This document shows, piece after piece, positions 19,145-28,054 of a DNA stretch of 64,000 bases. The notes beneath the pieces are model-generated. The model searched no databases. It had not been told where the DNA came from and saw nothing but the letters and a program-made list of their open reading frames with translations. The position numbers and the translations under genes are program-made. This DNA is from Candidatus Levybacteria bacterium RIFCSPHIGHO2_01_FULL_36_15b (GTDB taxonomy: Bacteria; Patescibacteriota; Microgenomatia; Levybacterales; UBA12049), in the NCBI GenBank assembly GCA_001782045.1, contig MFNK01000003.1:26070-90069 (forward strand), read 5' to 3'. Numbering within the stretch: the first letter of the stretch is position 1; the number at the start of each line of letters is the position of its first letter.

Positions 19145-20117
19145 TCAACCTGGTAACTGCTTGTTCTATAGCTACTTCGTCCATTCCATATTTTTTAATT
19201 AACTCAAAAGGCGCTCCCGATTCTGCGAATGTATCTTGTAAACCAATAAATTCCATTGGAGTAGGGTAATGCTTTGCTAAAACCTCTGCAATTGTACCGC
19301 CAAGTCCACCGGCAACCTGATGATCTTCTACTGTAACCACTTTTCCAGCCTCTTTGGCGAGCTTAATTATGGTTTTTGAATCAATAGGTTTTATTGTTGA
19401 GACATTAGCAACCTGAACCTTGATTCCTTTTTCTTCTAAATTTTTTGCGGCAAGAAGAGCATAATAGAGCATGTAACCGGTTGCAAAAATAACAGTTTTT
19501 GGAGCTTCATTTATCCAGTAAACTTCAACTTCCTTACTAAACGGAGTGTCTTTTGTTGTAATTATCGGTGTTTTATCGCGGGTAAATCTTAAATAAACTG
19601 GACCCCTAATTTCTGCTGATTTTAAGGTTGCTTTTTTTGCCTCAATAGCATCGCAGGGAACAAAAACAGAAATATTAGGCCAAGCTCTTGTTATTGCAAT
19701 ATCCTCGGTAGCCTGATGCGTCGCGCCGTCAGGTCCTGTCATAATACCTGAGTGATGTCCTGCTATTTTTACATTTGAGTTGCCATAAATAATGGTAGTT
19801 CTAATTGTTTCCCAGTTTTTTCCGGGCGAAAATGTCGCATAAGAAGAAATAAATGGAATTTTTCCGCTCAATCCAAGACCGGCCGCGATTGCTGCCATGT
19901 TTTGTTCGGCAACCCCAACTTCAAAAAAACGTTGCGGAAACTTTGCTTCAAATCCGTCCGTTCTTGTGCTTTCTGATAAATCGGCGGTTAAAACAACTAC
20001 ATTAGGATTTGATTCACCAAGTTCAACCAAAGCCTCACCAAAGCCGTCTCTTGTTGCTTTCTGCTCAACATCCTTGTCAAAAAGTTTTTGGTTTAAGTGT
20101 AAATCAGGATTTAACAT
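19125..20117 (-). CDS. transketolase, C-terminal (pyrimidine-binding) subunit
   Basis: Split-transketolase C-terminal subunit pattern (GEDGATHQ..., GFEAKFPQRFFEVG). Confidence 0.85.
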   Translation of the reverse strand: MLNPDLHLNQKLFDKDVEQKATRDGFGEALVELGESNPNVVVLTADLSESTRTDGFEAKFPQRFFEVGVAEQNMAAIAAGLGLSGKIPFISSYATFSPGKNWETIRTTIIYGNSNVKIAGHHSGIMTGPDGATHQATEDIAITRAWPNISVFVPCDAIEAKKATLKSAEIRGPVYLRFTRDKTPIITTKDTPFSKEVEVYWINEAPKTVIFATGYMLYYALLAAKNLEEKGIKVQVANVSTIKPIDSKTIIKLAKEAGKVVTVEDHQVAGGLGGTIAEVLAKHYPTPMEFIGLQDTFAESGAPFELIKKYGMDEVAIEQAVTRLIGNQNE

Positions 20118-20151
20118 AATGAAAGACTGCTCGCCTCGTAAGTTTTATTTT

Positions 20152-20262
20152 GCTCGGGGTCCTGCCCCAACTTTCCCTCCCGCCAGTGCTCACTCGAATA
20201 TTTCTTTCAGAAATAACTCGCTGTGCGCTGTCGGAAGCCCTTCCTGTTGTGTCACCCCTCGC
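20152..20262. repeat. copy A of a ~110-nt repeated, probably structured element (possible ncRNA or leader), about 35 nt upstream of the tktB start on the minus strand
   Basis: About 85% identical to 62435-62544. Shared core CCCGCCAGTGCTCACTCGAATATTT(T)CTTTCAGAAA(A)TA; internal hairpin 20199-20215. Confidence 0.4.
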
Positions 20263-20296
20263 AAATTTCTTAATTCTAGATTCTAAATTCATAATT

Positions 20297-21163
20297 CTAT
20301 TGATGTTCCGAGATTATTCTTCCTTGTAAAGTACGTAATTCTTTTAATGCTTTTTTTGCCTCTTCTTGATTTGGTGGTTTTCCATGCCAGTGAAAATCTT
20401 TTTCCATAAATGTAACTCCTTTTCCTGGAATTGTATGAGCAATAACAACGGATGGTTTTTCAAAAATCTTTTTTGCAAGTCCTAAAACGTTTATAAATTC
20501 GGATATGTTATTTCCATCCGCTTCAAAAACTTCCCAGTTAAAAGATGTGTATTTTTCCTTTAAGGGTTCAAGTGGCATTATGTTTTCGGTAAAGCCGTCT
20601 ATTTGGATATTGTTTCTATCCAAAATTAAAGTTAAGTTGTTTAACTTATGTTTTCCTGCAAACATTAAAGCTTCCCAAGTGTTTCCTTCCTGATGCTCAC
20701 CGTCTGAAGCAATTACGTAAGTATGATATTTTTTGTTGTCTAGTTTTGCAGCTAGTGAAATACCAATGGCTTGTGAAATTCCTTCACCTAAAGGACCCGA
20801 AGTTGTTTCAAGTCCGGGAAGTGAGTCTCTATGAGGGTGTCCCTGAAGACGCGAATCTATTTTTCGTAAAGTTTTAAGTTCTTCAATCGGGAAATACCCG
20901 CTTTGAGCCATAGTTACATAGCGAATAGGGCATATGTGGCCGTTTGATAAAACTAGTCTGTCTCGGTCGTCCCAATCCGGATTTTTAGGATTGTGATTTA
21001 ATACATGAAAGTATAATGCGGTAAAAATATCAGCCATTCCCAAAGGTCCTGCAGAATGCCCCGACCCGGCTTCAAGAAGCATTTTTATAAGAAGTTCCCG
21101 TGCTTGATTTGCTTTTAGCTCAAGCTCTTTTAATTTTTCATCTGTTAGGGCAGGTATATCCAT
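20297..21163 (-). CDS. transketolase, N-terminal (TPP-binding) subunit
   Basis: GHSAGPLGMADI, GDGE...EG thiamine-diphosphate-binding motifs. Confidence 0.85.
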   Translation of the reverse strand: MDIPALTDEKLKELELKANQARELLIKMLLEAGSGHSAGPLGMADIFTALYFHVLNHNPKNPDWDDRDRLVLSNGHICPIRYVTMAQSGYFPIEELKTLRKIDSRLQGHPHRDSLPGLETTSGPLGEGISQAIGISLAAKLDNKKYHTYVIASDGEHQEGNTWEALMFAGKHKLNNLTLILDRNNIQIDGFTENIMPLEPLKEKYTSFNWEVFEADGNNISEFINVLGLAKKIFEKPSVVIAHTIPGKGVTFMEKDFHWHGKPPNQEEAKKALKELRTLQGRIISEHQ

Positions 21164-22443
21164 TATTTTTTATAAACTATAAATAAGTCTGAGACGTTTG
21201 AAGAAAGTCTTCCTGTAATAATAGCATCGCCTAATTTCTGGAAAAACACAAGACTATTGTTAGTATTTAAATACTCCTCTGGATTTAAATTTTGTTTGTT
21301 AGCATTTTGCAGAGAATTCGAATCAACTATAGCTCCAGTTGCCTCACTATTGTCCCATCCGTCTGAGTCAAATGCTGCAATTACAGTACGTTCATCAATT
21401 TCAGAAATCGCAGAGAGTGCGACCTCCTGGTTTCTTCCACCTTCGCCCTTAAGGTTTTTAACCTTAACGGTTGTTTCGCCTCCTGCTAAAAGAACAGAAT
21501 TTTCTTCCGCTTCTTTTAAGAGTATTGCAGGTGCATTTCTTGCCTCCGACTGAAACTTATCTGAAAAAATTTTGCAATTTATTCCCAAACTTTTTGCTTT
21601 ATCAGACATTGCCAAAAGTGCGGTTTCGTTGCTTAACATAAGAATGTTTTTAACGTTTTCAAATATGTTTTTTTCCTTTGGAGTTTCTGTATAATCTTCG
21701 CTTTTTAAATCCAAATCTTTCATCTTGTATTTTTCTATAACAGCAAGCGCATCCTTAATGTTTGTTTCGTCTTTTACGGTTGTGCCAGATGCAATAGTAG
21801 ACAAATTGTTTCCGGCAACATCGGAAAATATTAAAGAAATTACTTTAGCAGGATACAACAGTTTTGCTAAGCCACCGCCTTTAACGCTAGACAAATGTTT
21901 TCTTATTGTATTTGTTTCAAAAATGTCCGCGCCGTTTTTTAAAAGAGAGTGATTTACATCAATTAATTTATCTAAGGTTATTTTAAATGGAAGCTCAAAC
22001 ATTGCTGATCCGCCTCCGCAGATTATTACCAAAACTAAGTCTTTTGAAGTTAGCGAATTAAGTTCATTTACTACTCGTTTTGTAAAATTAATATTTTGCT
22101 CAGAGGGAAGTGGGTGGGTTCCTTGCGTAAACTCTATCTTCTTGAATTCTTCCTTGTTTGTATCAATAACGAATCCCTTAGTAAGCTTTTTTTCTAAAAC
22201 GTTTTCAATAGTTTTTGAAATAGTCGCGGAACCCTTTCCAAATCCTACTAAAAAAATTCTTTCAAAATTTTGTAAATTAAACTCGTTGTCTAAGATTTTT
22301 AGTTTATTTTCAGCTAATACAAAATTTTTATCCATTACGTTTTGAGGTTGAATAGAAGAAAGTCCTGTTTCAATTAAATCAAGAACTATTTTTCTTTCTT
22401 GCGTGTAAGCTAATTCTTGGTAATTTTTAATAAAACCCATCAA
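21163..22443 (-). CDS. glycerate 2-kinase (MOFRL family)
   Basis: DUF4147/MOFRL architecture; ICGGGSAMFELP motif. Confidence 0.7.
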   Translation of the reverse strand: MMGFIKNYQELAYTQERKIVLDLIETGLSSIQPQNVMDKNFVLAENKLKILDNEFNLQNFERIFLVGFGKGSATISKTIENVLEKKLTKGFVIDTNKEEFKKIEFTQGTHPLPSEQNINFTKRVVNELNSLTSKDLVLVIICGGGSAMFELPFKITLDKLIDVNHSLLKNGADIFETNTIRKHLSSVKGGGLAKLLYPAKVISLIFSDVAGNNLSTIASGTTVKDETNIKDALAVIEKYKMKDLDLKSEDYTETPKEKNIFENVKNILMLSNETALLAMSDKAKSLGINCKIFSDKFQSEARNAPAILLKEAEENSVLLAGGETTVKVKNLKGEGGRNQEVALSAISEIDERTVIAAFDSDGWDNSEATGAIVDSNSLQNANKQNLNPEEYLNTNNSLVFFQKLGDAIITGRLSSNVSDLFIVYKK

Positions 22444-22459
22444 TTTAATTTTAATTTAC

Positions 22460-22487
22460 TTGACATCAATTTAAAATATCCTATAAT
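22460..22487 (+). promoter_or_regulatory. consensus sigma70-type promoter TTGACA-N16-TATAAT
   Basis: TTGACA at 22460-22465 and TATAAT at 22482-22487; first ATG of the downstream gene at 22495, with no SD in between. Confidence 0.5.
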
Positions 22488-22494
22488 ACGCCAT

Positions 22495-22845
22495 ATGCCA
22501 ATAGAAGCTTACGAGTTAACAGTTCATAATCCCGAAAAACAAAAGCACGTAATTGTTCAACCAGGAGAAAAACGTCATATACCCAGTATTGATTTGGGTG
22601 GATACGAGAAAATCTATGAAGTTCAGTGTAAGGAAGACGACTCTTTGGCCACAGTTCATACAATCTATCCTATGGTTATTACAGACAATCCAAGACAGTT
22701 TGCTATTTACGATGATAATTTAACGGAAAATCTTCCTATGATTATTAAAAAAGGAGAGCATTTGGATATAAATATAAGACAAAGAAGCGATAAAGAAGGA
22801 AGACTGATATATTTTGAGGGAATTATAAGACTTGAGTTAAGATAG
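22495..22845 (+). CDS. hypothetical protein (116 aa)
   Basis: Start reassigned to the ATG downstream of the consensus promoter; the track's longer version overlaps the divergent glycerate kinase gene. Confidence 0.45.
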   Translation: MPIEAYELTVHNPEKQKHVIVQPGEKRHIPSIDLGGYEKIYEVQCKEDDSLATVHTIYPMVITDNPRQFAIYDDNLTENLPMIIKKGEHLDINIRQRSDKEGRLIYFEGIIRLELR

Positions 22846-22873
22846 CTATCCTTTTTAGTTCTTTAAGTAAGGC

Positions 22874-23269
22874 TTAAGGAAGTTTAGTTCTTAATAATTG
22901 CTGTAATCGTTTTTGTTGATAGAGCTTATGCGCTTCTGCTCTAATTAGTTTTGTGATTGGTTCTCCTTGCCTTACAGGGTGATTTTTACGTAAATTCATA
23001 TCGTCCATATGATATTTTTTAACTACTAGGTCAAACATTTCGCGACCTTTTCCTAGCTCTATATCCCGAACTCCAAGAAAAAAGTCCAAGAAATAATCCC
23101 GTTTTGTATTAAAAAGATTCAGAAGGCTATCGTTTTGTGCAAAAGTTGTTCTTACGGCCTTTTTAATTTCCTCAAAGTCAACACCTTCCGGAGTAAGTCT
23201 TTCTTTCGGCAAGCGTTGTCCCGGTAATCTATGAATATGTGGAAATCTTTCCTTTTCTGACATAACCAT
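22874..23269 (-). CDS. hypothetical protein
   Basis: ORF only. Confidence 0.35.
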   Translation of the reverse strand: MVMSEKERFPHIHRLPGQRLPKERLTPEGVDFEEIKKAVRTTFAQNDSLLNLFNTKRDYFLDFFLGVRDIELGKGREMFDLVVKKYHMDDMNLRKNHPVRQGEPITKLIRAEAHKLYQQKRLQQLLRTKLP

Positions 23270-23374
23270 ATTCGGCAGTGAGGTATATTATCATATTATA
23301 AGATTAAATTCAAGCTTATAATGACTTTTTAACTAGCAATTTAACGGTAAAAATAGTATTATTCGCCTAATATT

Positions 23375-23959
23375 ATGCAACCAAAAGATTTTGAGGAAAT
23401 TATTATATTTGAAGACACAGCTTCGGGAGTAAAAAGCCCTCTTCCTTCCATAGAGGATTCCAAGCAGGAATTAAAAGAGAGCATAAAAGAAGAAATAGAA
23501 GACGAGGCAGCTAAAAGAGAGGAAAAAAGCAAGCAAAAAATGGACGAGTTAATTAAAAGTTCACAAAAACCTTTGTACAAACTTTCAACAATTTTTCCCC
23601 TAGATCTTTTTCCCGACAAGCTGATTATAGAATTTGACCATGTTAACATTTATTTTCATGAATTTTTTTCAACCGGCCAGGTAAGAAGCGTTCCAATACA
23701 AAATATTGGAGAAGTAATAATTGAAACTTCTCCTCTTTTTACAACGCTTAAGATAATTGAGGGAATGATTGGTGCAGGAGTTGAATTAGATTTAAAGCCT
23801 GTTAGGAGAAGCGAAGCAATAAAAGCAAAAAGAATTATAATGGGACTTATGATTGCAGATAAAGAAAAAGTAGACTTGTCCGATCTTGATTCTGCAGACG
23901 TAGCAAGAAAAGTAGAAGAATTAGGAAAAGCACAAGAACCTGAATTCATGTCAAATTAG
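23375..23959 (+). CDS. hypothetical protein with acidic N-terminal region
   Basis: ORF only. Confidence 0.35.
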   Translation: MQPKDFEEIIIFEDTASGVKSPLPSIEDSKQELKESIKEEIEDEAAKREEKSKQKMDELIKSSQKPLYKLSTIFPLDLFPDKLIIEFDHVNIYFHEFFSTGQVRSVPIQNIGEVIIETSPLFTTLKIIEGMIGAGVELDLKPVRRSEAIKAKRIIMGLMIADKEKVDLSDLDSADVARKVEELGKAQEPEFMSN

Positions 23960-23995
23960 CCACAATCGGTAAAATAGGGTAAAATAAAAACTCTA

Positions 23996-25030
23996 ATGGT
24001 ATCCAAGAAAATTTTAATACTCTTATTATTTATATCTCTTATTTCGTTAGTTTTTATAGCTGTAAAATTTTCTAATAAAGATTATAGCTTGATAACACCA
24101 AAAGGGTTTATAAATAATTCACAAGCGTTTGAATTTGAAGAACTAACAATACCATATCTTAGAGAAAAGGAATATAAAAGCACGCTGGGTAACTTAGAAG
24201 AATATTCAAAAAACTCAAACTACACTTCTTACTTAGCAAGTTATAATTCCGAAGGACTTAAAATTAATGGACTTTTAACAATACCGGAGGGAAAATCACC
24301 TAAAGGAGGGTGGCCTGCGATTGTTTTTATTCATGGATATATTCCTCCTACTTTGTATGAAACCACATCAAGATATGCTGATTACGTTGATTATTTAGCA
24401 AGAAATGGATTTGTAGTATTTAAAATAGATTTAAGAGGACATGGAAAGTCCGAAGGACAGCCGGGTGGAGCATATTATTCATCGGATTATATAATTGATA
24501 CTCTAAATGCTTACGCTGCTTTACAATCTTCTAATTTTGTAGACTCATCCCGCATTGGACTTTGGGGACATTCTATGGCGGGTAACGTAGTATTAAGAAG
24601 TCTTGCTGCAAAACCGGAAATTCCTGCTGTTGTTATTTGGGCAGGCGCGGTTTATTCTTACATGGATTTAGCAAAACATAGGTTAAACGACCAAAGCTAT
24701 AGACCATCTGCACTAATTACACAAAGGCAAGGACAAAGACAAAAGTTATTTAATACATACGGACAGTTTGATGAAAACAGCTCTTTTTGGAAACAGGTTG
24801 CAGCCACTAACTATTTATCCGACATTAAGGGTGCAATACAATTAAACCATGCAACAGACGATACTGTTGTGGATATTGGCTACAGCAGAGATTTAAATGA
24901 ATTGCTTGATAAAACATCAATTCCTCATGAGTTTTATGAATATGCAAGCGGAAGACACAATTTTACAGGTGCAAGTTTTACTCAAGCAATGCAAAACACA
25001 GTAGAGTTTTTTAATAAATATTTAAAGTAA
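23996..25030 (+). CDS. alpha/beta-hydrolase (S9/dienelactone-hydrolase-like) with N-terminal TM anchor
   Basis: GHSMAG nucleophile elbow (GxSxG); IHGY... oxyanion region; His near the C-terminus. Confidence 0.7.
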   Translation: MVSKKILILLLFISLISLVFIAVKFSNKDYSLITPKGFINNSQAFEFEELTIPYLREKEYKSTLGNLEEYSKNSNYTSYLASYNSEGLKINGLLTIPEGKSPKGGWPAIVFIHGYIPPTLYETTSRYADYVDYLARNGFVVFKIDLRGHGKSEGQPGGAYYSSDYIIDTLNAYAALQSSNFVDSSRIGLWGHSMAGNVVLRSLAAKPEIPAVVIWAGAVYSYMDLAKHRLNDQSYRPSALITQRQGQRQKLFNTYGQFDENSSFWKQVAATNYLSDIKGAIQLNHATDDTVVDIGYSRDLNELLDKTSIPHEFYEYASGRHNFTGASFTQAMQNTVEFFNKYLK

Positions 25031-25053
25031 ATTGACAAGGGGTAAAAATGGAG

Positions 25054-25383
25054 TTACTTTAATTTTTTTATTTGCTCTCTTTCTTTAGAATAATCAAAAG
25101 CGTTTTTAAGAAACGGTATAATTCTTTGGATATCGTCCTCTCCTGTTATTTCTATCTCCGCCCATGTTTTTCCAAAGTCAAATTTTATAAATCCTTCATC
25201 CAGTGAATTTTTAAACTCATCAGGGGAGAGTATTAACCATAAAAGCAGAATATTATTGTCTACAACTTTATATCCCGCAAAAAGATTTTTTCCCGTATAA
25301 ACACAAATCCAGCCAAAAGAATTGGAAAATCTAATTTGTCCCAAAGTCTCAATTTGCTCAACTAATAAATCTTTTAATTCCAC
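25054..25383 (-). CDS. TfoX N-terminal-domain-like protein
   Basis: IRFSNSFGWICVYTGKNLFAGYKV resembles the TfoX_N pattern R.MFGG.G.Y..G..FA (from memory). Confidence 0.4.
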   Translation of the reverse strand: MELKDLLVEQIETLGQIRFSNSFGWICVYTGKNLFAGYKVVDNNILLLWLILSPDEFKNSLDEGFIKFDFGKTWAEIEITGEDDIQRIIPFLKNAFDYSKEREQIKKLK

Positions 25384-25465
25384 ATTTTTATTTTAACACT
25401 TCATTTCCAGCCTTTATGCTGAGCCGATTCGGTCTGAGCTCACGGTCGAATGACTTGCCAAAGTA

Positions 25466-25482
25466 TTGACACCGCGGGAAAA
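25466..25482 (+). promoter_or_regulatory. 17-bp motif TTGACACCGCGGGAAAA (copy 1; -35-like hexamer plus CCGCGG palindrome)
   Basis: Identical 17-mer also at 25967-25983. Here it is followed by TAATAAT and sits 20 nt before the ATG at 25502. Confidence 0.4.
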
Positions 25483-25501
25483 CATGTAATAATAGCGATA
25501 T

Positions 25502-25945
25502 ATGTACGAAGTTTTATTAGATAAAGGTCAAGACGCATCAGATTTCGATGAATGGCATATTCCCAGGGAAGCAATAGATATATTAAAAACGGCAGTAGGT
25601 AAAGAAGTTAGGGTAGGAACGGAAACGGATGCCTATATGGATTTTGGAATAGCAGACACAGCAACATGGTATAGAACCAGAGAGGGGACTTTAGTTGATG
25701 TCAGGCCTAATGAAATTGTAATTGCCGAATTTCGAGGAAAAGGTAAAAAAAGAGTAGAAGTAGTCTTGCCTGCGGGAGCAACATCCTTTAACGAGGGCAA
25801 AGCCGATGAAAAAAGGATGGGTATTGAAAAAATGAGAAATGTATTTGGAATTATGGAAGATAACATAAAAACAATTTCTTTTTCCAAAGGAAAAGACAAA
25901 TTTGAATTACTCCATTTTAGTCAACCAAAAGAACCTCAACCTTAA
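25502..25945 (+). CDS. hypothetical protein (147 aa)
   Basis: ORF only; preceded by the repeated 17-bp motif. Confidence 0.4.
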   Translation: MYEVLLDKGQDASDFDEWHIPREAIDILKTAVGKEVRVGTETDAYMDFGIADTATWYRTREGTLVDVRPNEIVIAEFRGKGKKRVEVVLPAGATSFNEGKADEKRMGIEKMRNVFGIMEDNIKTISFSKGKDKFELLHFSQPKEPQP

Positions 25946-25966
25946 AATCTCCAAGCTTGACACCGC

Positions 25967-25983
25967 GGGAAAAGGGGAGGGCC
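25967..25983 (+). promoter_or_regulatory. 17-bp motif TTGACACCGCGGGAAAA (copy 2)
   Basis: Exact repeat of 25466-25482, 80 nt upstream of the ATG at 26064. A second TTGACA...TGATACAAA promoter-like element lies between it and the ATG. Confidence 0.4.
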
Positions 25984-26063
25984 CTAACTTTGCCTCATGT
26001 GTCTTTTGAAAGATTAACTTGACAAGTAAGTTAAGTTTGTGATACAAATATCTTGCTTGACTT

Positions 26064-26633
26064 ATGAATAACGAAAAAAGGGCACGAGTAAAGATATCAA
26101 TAAACGAAGGCCTAATAGAGCTTGAGGGGTCAGAGGAGTTTGTTGAAAAATATCTAATAGAGTTTAAAAATAAGTTAAGTTTTCCTTCGCATATGCCTAC
26201 TCTCAATAATCACCAACCCTCCGCACAGGTAGTACAACAAAAAAAAGATTCAGCTAATAAAGTCTCAGCTGTTAGACCAGCTAAATCAAAAGGCAAAAAT
26301 ATTGAGCCCGAAGAGTTTGAAATAAATAATAATAGCGATGATTCTTTAGCTAAATTTATGGAAAGTAAAAATCCAGGAGAAAATGCATGGAATAGAATAG
26401 TTGTTGTAGGTTATTACATAACACATAAATTGCAAAAAGCTAATTTCACTGAAGGAAATGTTGAATTTGCTTACAAGGCGCTAAGCTTAAATAAGCGGCC
26501 TCTCCATTTAAGGCAGGCATTTATTGATATGAAAAACAAGAAAAAATGGTTAGAGGAGTTGTCGGATGGAGGATGGACTCTTTCTAGGCTCGGAGAAATT
26601 TATGTTGAAGATCAAATGCTCCCTAAGTCTTAA
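26064..26633 (+). CDS. hypothetical protein (189 aa)
   Basis: ORF only; 2-nt gap to the next gene, so same operon. Confidence 0.4.
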   Translation: MNNEKRARVKISINEGLIELEGSEEFVEKYLIEFKNKLSFPSHMPTLNNHQPSAQVVQQKKDSANKVSAVRPAKSKGKNIEPEEFEINNNSDDSLAKFMESKNPGENAWNRIVVVGYYITHKLQKANFTEGNVEFAYKALSLNKRPLHLRQAFIDMKNKKKWLEELSDGGWTLSRLGEIYVEDQMLPKS

Positions 26634-26635
26634 TC

Positions 26636-27400
26636 ATGCAGCTAGATTTTAATTATCTTCTAGAAAAGAAACCAGATTTTTATGAACTTACGCAACGAGA
26701 GCAAATAAAATATCTTTGTTTTGTCTACTCCAAGAACAATAACCAACCTATTTTTGCACAAAAAGATATTAAGGATTTGTTTGAAGAGTTTAATCTTGTA
26801 GTACCATCTCATTTATCACAGGAATTCAGCAACTTAACCAAAGGAAAGGTTCCTGCTTTAGTCAAAAAAATAGGCGGATATGCAATTCATCCCAGCGTGG
26901 ATCGTTCCTTAACACTTGAATTATTCTCTAATACCAGTCCAGATGGAAACGAAAAAAAATCGCAAAACACGTCACTTTTTAGTAAATACGATTTTCATCC
27001 AGAAATAAAACGGGTGGCGTTTAGAGAGTTTCAAGATGGATATTATAAAACAGCGATACAAAACGCCTTAGTTGAGGTAATTGATCAGGTAAAAAATAGA
27101 ACCGATAACCCCACAGTAGAAAATAATGGTAGAAAGAAGGATTTAGATGGAGATGATTTGATGAATCGTGTATTTGGTTGTGATGGGGAGAATATTCCAA
27201 TGATTAGGTTTAATAGCTTAAGCAATGGTCTTGATAAAGCTGAACAGAGGGGTATAATGAATTTATTCAAAGGCATTGTTGGAGTAAGAGATAGAAAAGC
27301 ACATCTAAATTTTATTCAAAACGATCCCTTAAAAACAATTGAATATTTATCTCTTTCAAGTCTACTTATGAGACTTTTGGATGAAAATCCTCCTAGTTAA
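26636..27400 (+). CDS. Hypoth_Ymh/TIGR02391-like (HEPN-like, Rx4H) C-terminal domain protein with a novel N-terminal region
   Basis: FHPEIKRVAFREFQDGYYKTAIQNALVEV... then DKAEQRGIMNLFKGIVGVRDRKAHL: an Rx4H motif in the family-typical E-x-(E/Q)-x-G...LF-x-G...R-x-x-x-AH context (from memory). Confidence 0.45.
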   Translation: MQLDFNYLLEKKPDFYELTQREQIKYLCFVYSKNNNQPIFAQKDIKDLFEEFNLVVPSHLSQEFSNLTKGKVPALVKKIGGYAIHPSVDRSLTLELFSNTSPDGNEKKSQNTSLFSKYDFHPEIKRVAFREFQDGYYKTAIQNALVEVIDQVKNRTDNPTVENNGRKKDLDGDDLMNRVFGCDGENIPMIRFNSLSNGLDKAEQRGIMNLFKGIVGVRDRKAHLNFIQNDPLKTIEYLSLSSLLMRLLDENPPS

Positions 27401-27406
27401 ATTAAG

Positions 27407-27424
27407 TCTGCTATAATTAGCCTC
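27407..27424 (+). repeat. 18-bp direct repeat TCTGCTATAATTAGCCTC (left copy)
   Basis: Perfect copy at 28055-28072; contains an extended -10 (TGCTATAAT). Confidence 0.6.
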
Positions 27425-27482
27425 GTTTTTCCAATAGGCCTGTAGTTGCTAGTTTAATCTAATTTTGTTAAAATCTACCTCT

Positions 27483-28046
27483 ATGATTCCAGAAATTACT
27501 CCACATGGCAACCTCGATCTGCCGCACGAAGGTGGTGGTTTTGATCTGTTGGCGGAAGCCATGCGTTTAGACACCTCTGTTAGAGCTAGCATCGGATTAA
27601 ATAAGATGCAAGGGAATGAAAAGCTAAAAGAAAGACTCACGCGAGAGGTCTCAATAGGATTAGTTCTCGGGAGTAGGGAGCTTGGAATACCGATTCCATC
27701 TCTTAGTACTGAAAGGCAATTGGAAGATGGGAGACCTATTGCATACTCTGATTGGAGTGAGGAAAAAGGAGGAGAAATAATATTTATCAGGGGCTTTCTA
27801 ATGCGATTTGTAGTCAGAATGTATCGCGACCGGCCTTTTTATTTTGTAGTACCTCATGAGATGCTTCACATAAGACAATTAATGGATCACTATACAACGG
27901 TTAGAGCAGATCTTAAAGCCAAGGACTGGAAAAGAACGCTAACTGAAAGAGCTGCTGATGCTTTTGGCGATTCAGTTCTTCTTCGTTATGGTTCAGAAAT
28001 TCAATTAGCGCTCCAAGGCCTTCCGCCCGGCAATAGGGCTCGTTAA
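27483..28046 (+). CDS. HExxH-motif protein (putative ImmA/DUF955- or SprT-like zinc peptidase) in a GC-rich cassette
   Basis: VVPHEMLHIRQ motif. Local GC about 50-55% versus roughly 33-36% in flanking genes. Start set to ATG 27483; the track starts at a TTG. Confidence 0.45.
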   Translation: MIPEITPHGNLDLPHEGGGFDLLAEAMRLDTSVRASIGLNKMQGNEKLKERLTREVSIGLVLGSRELGIPIPSLSTERQLEDGRPIAYSDWSEEKGGEIIFIRGFLMRFVVRMYRDRPFYFVVPHEMLHIRQLMDHYTTVRADLKAKDWKRTLTERAADAFGDSVLLRYGSEIQLALQGLPPGNRAR

Positions 28047-28054
28047 ATATACTT

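Noticed and set aside
19125-21163. Transketolase split into two adjacent ORFs, which could look like a frameshifted pseudogene
   Set aside because: The N-terminal (TPP-binding) and C-terminal subunits are each complete with their own start and stop. Two-subunit transketolases are a known normal form in archaea and many small-genome bacteria.
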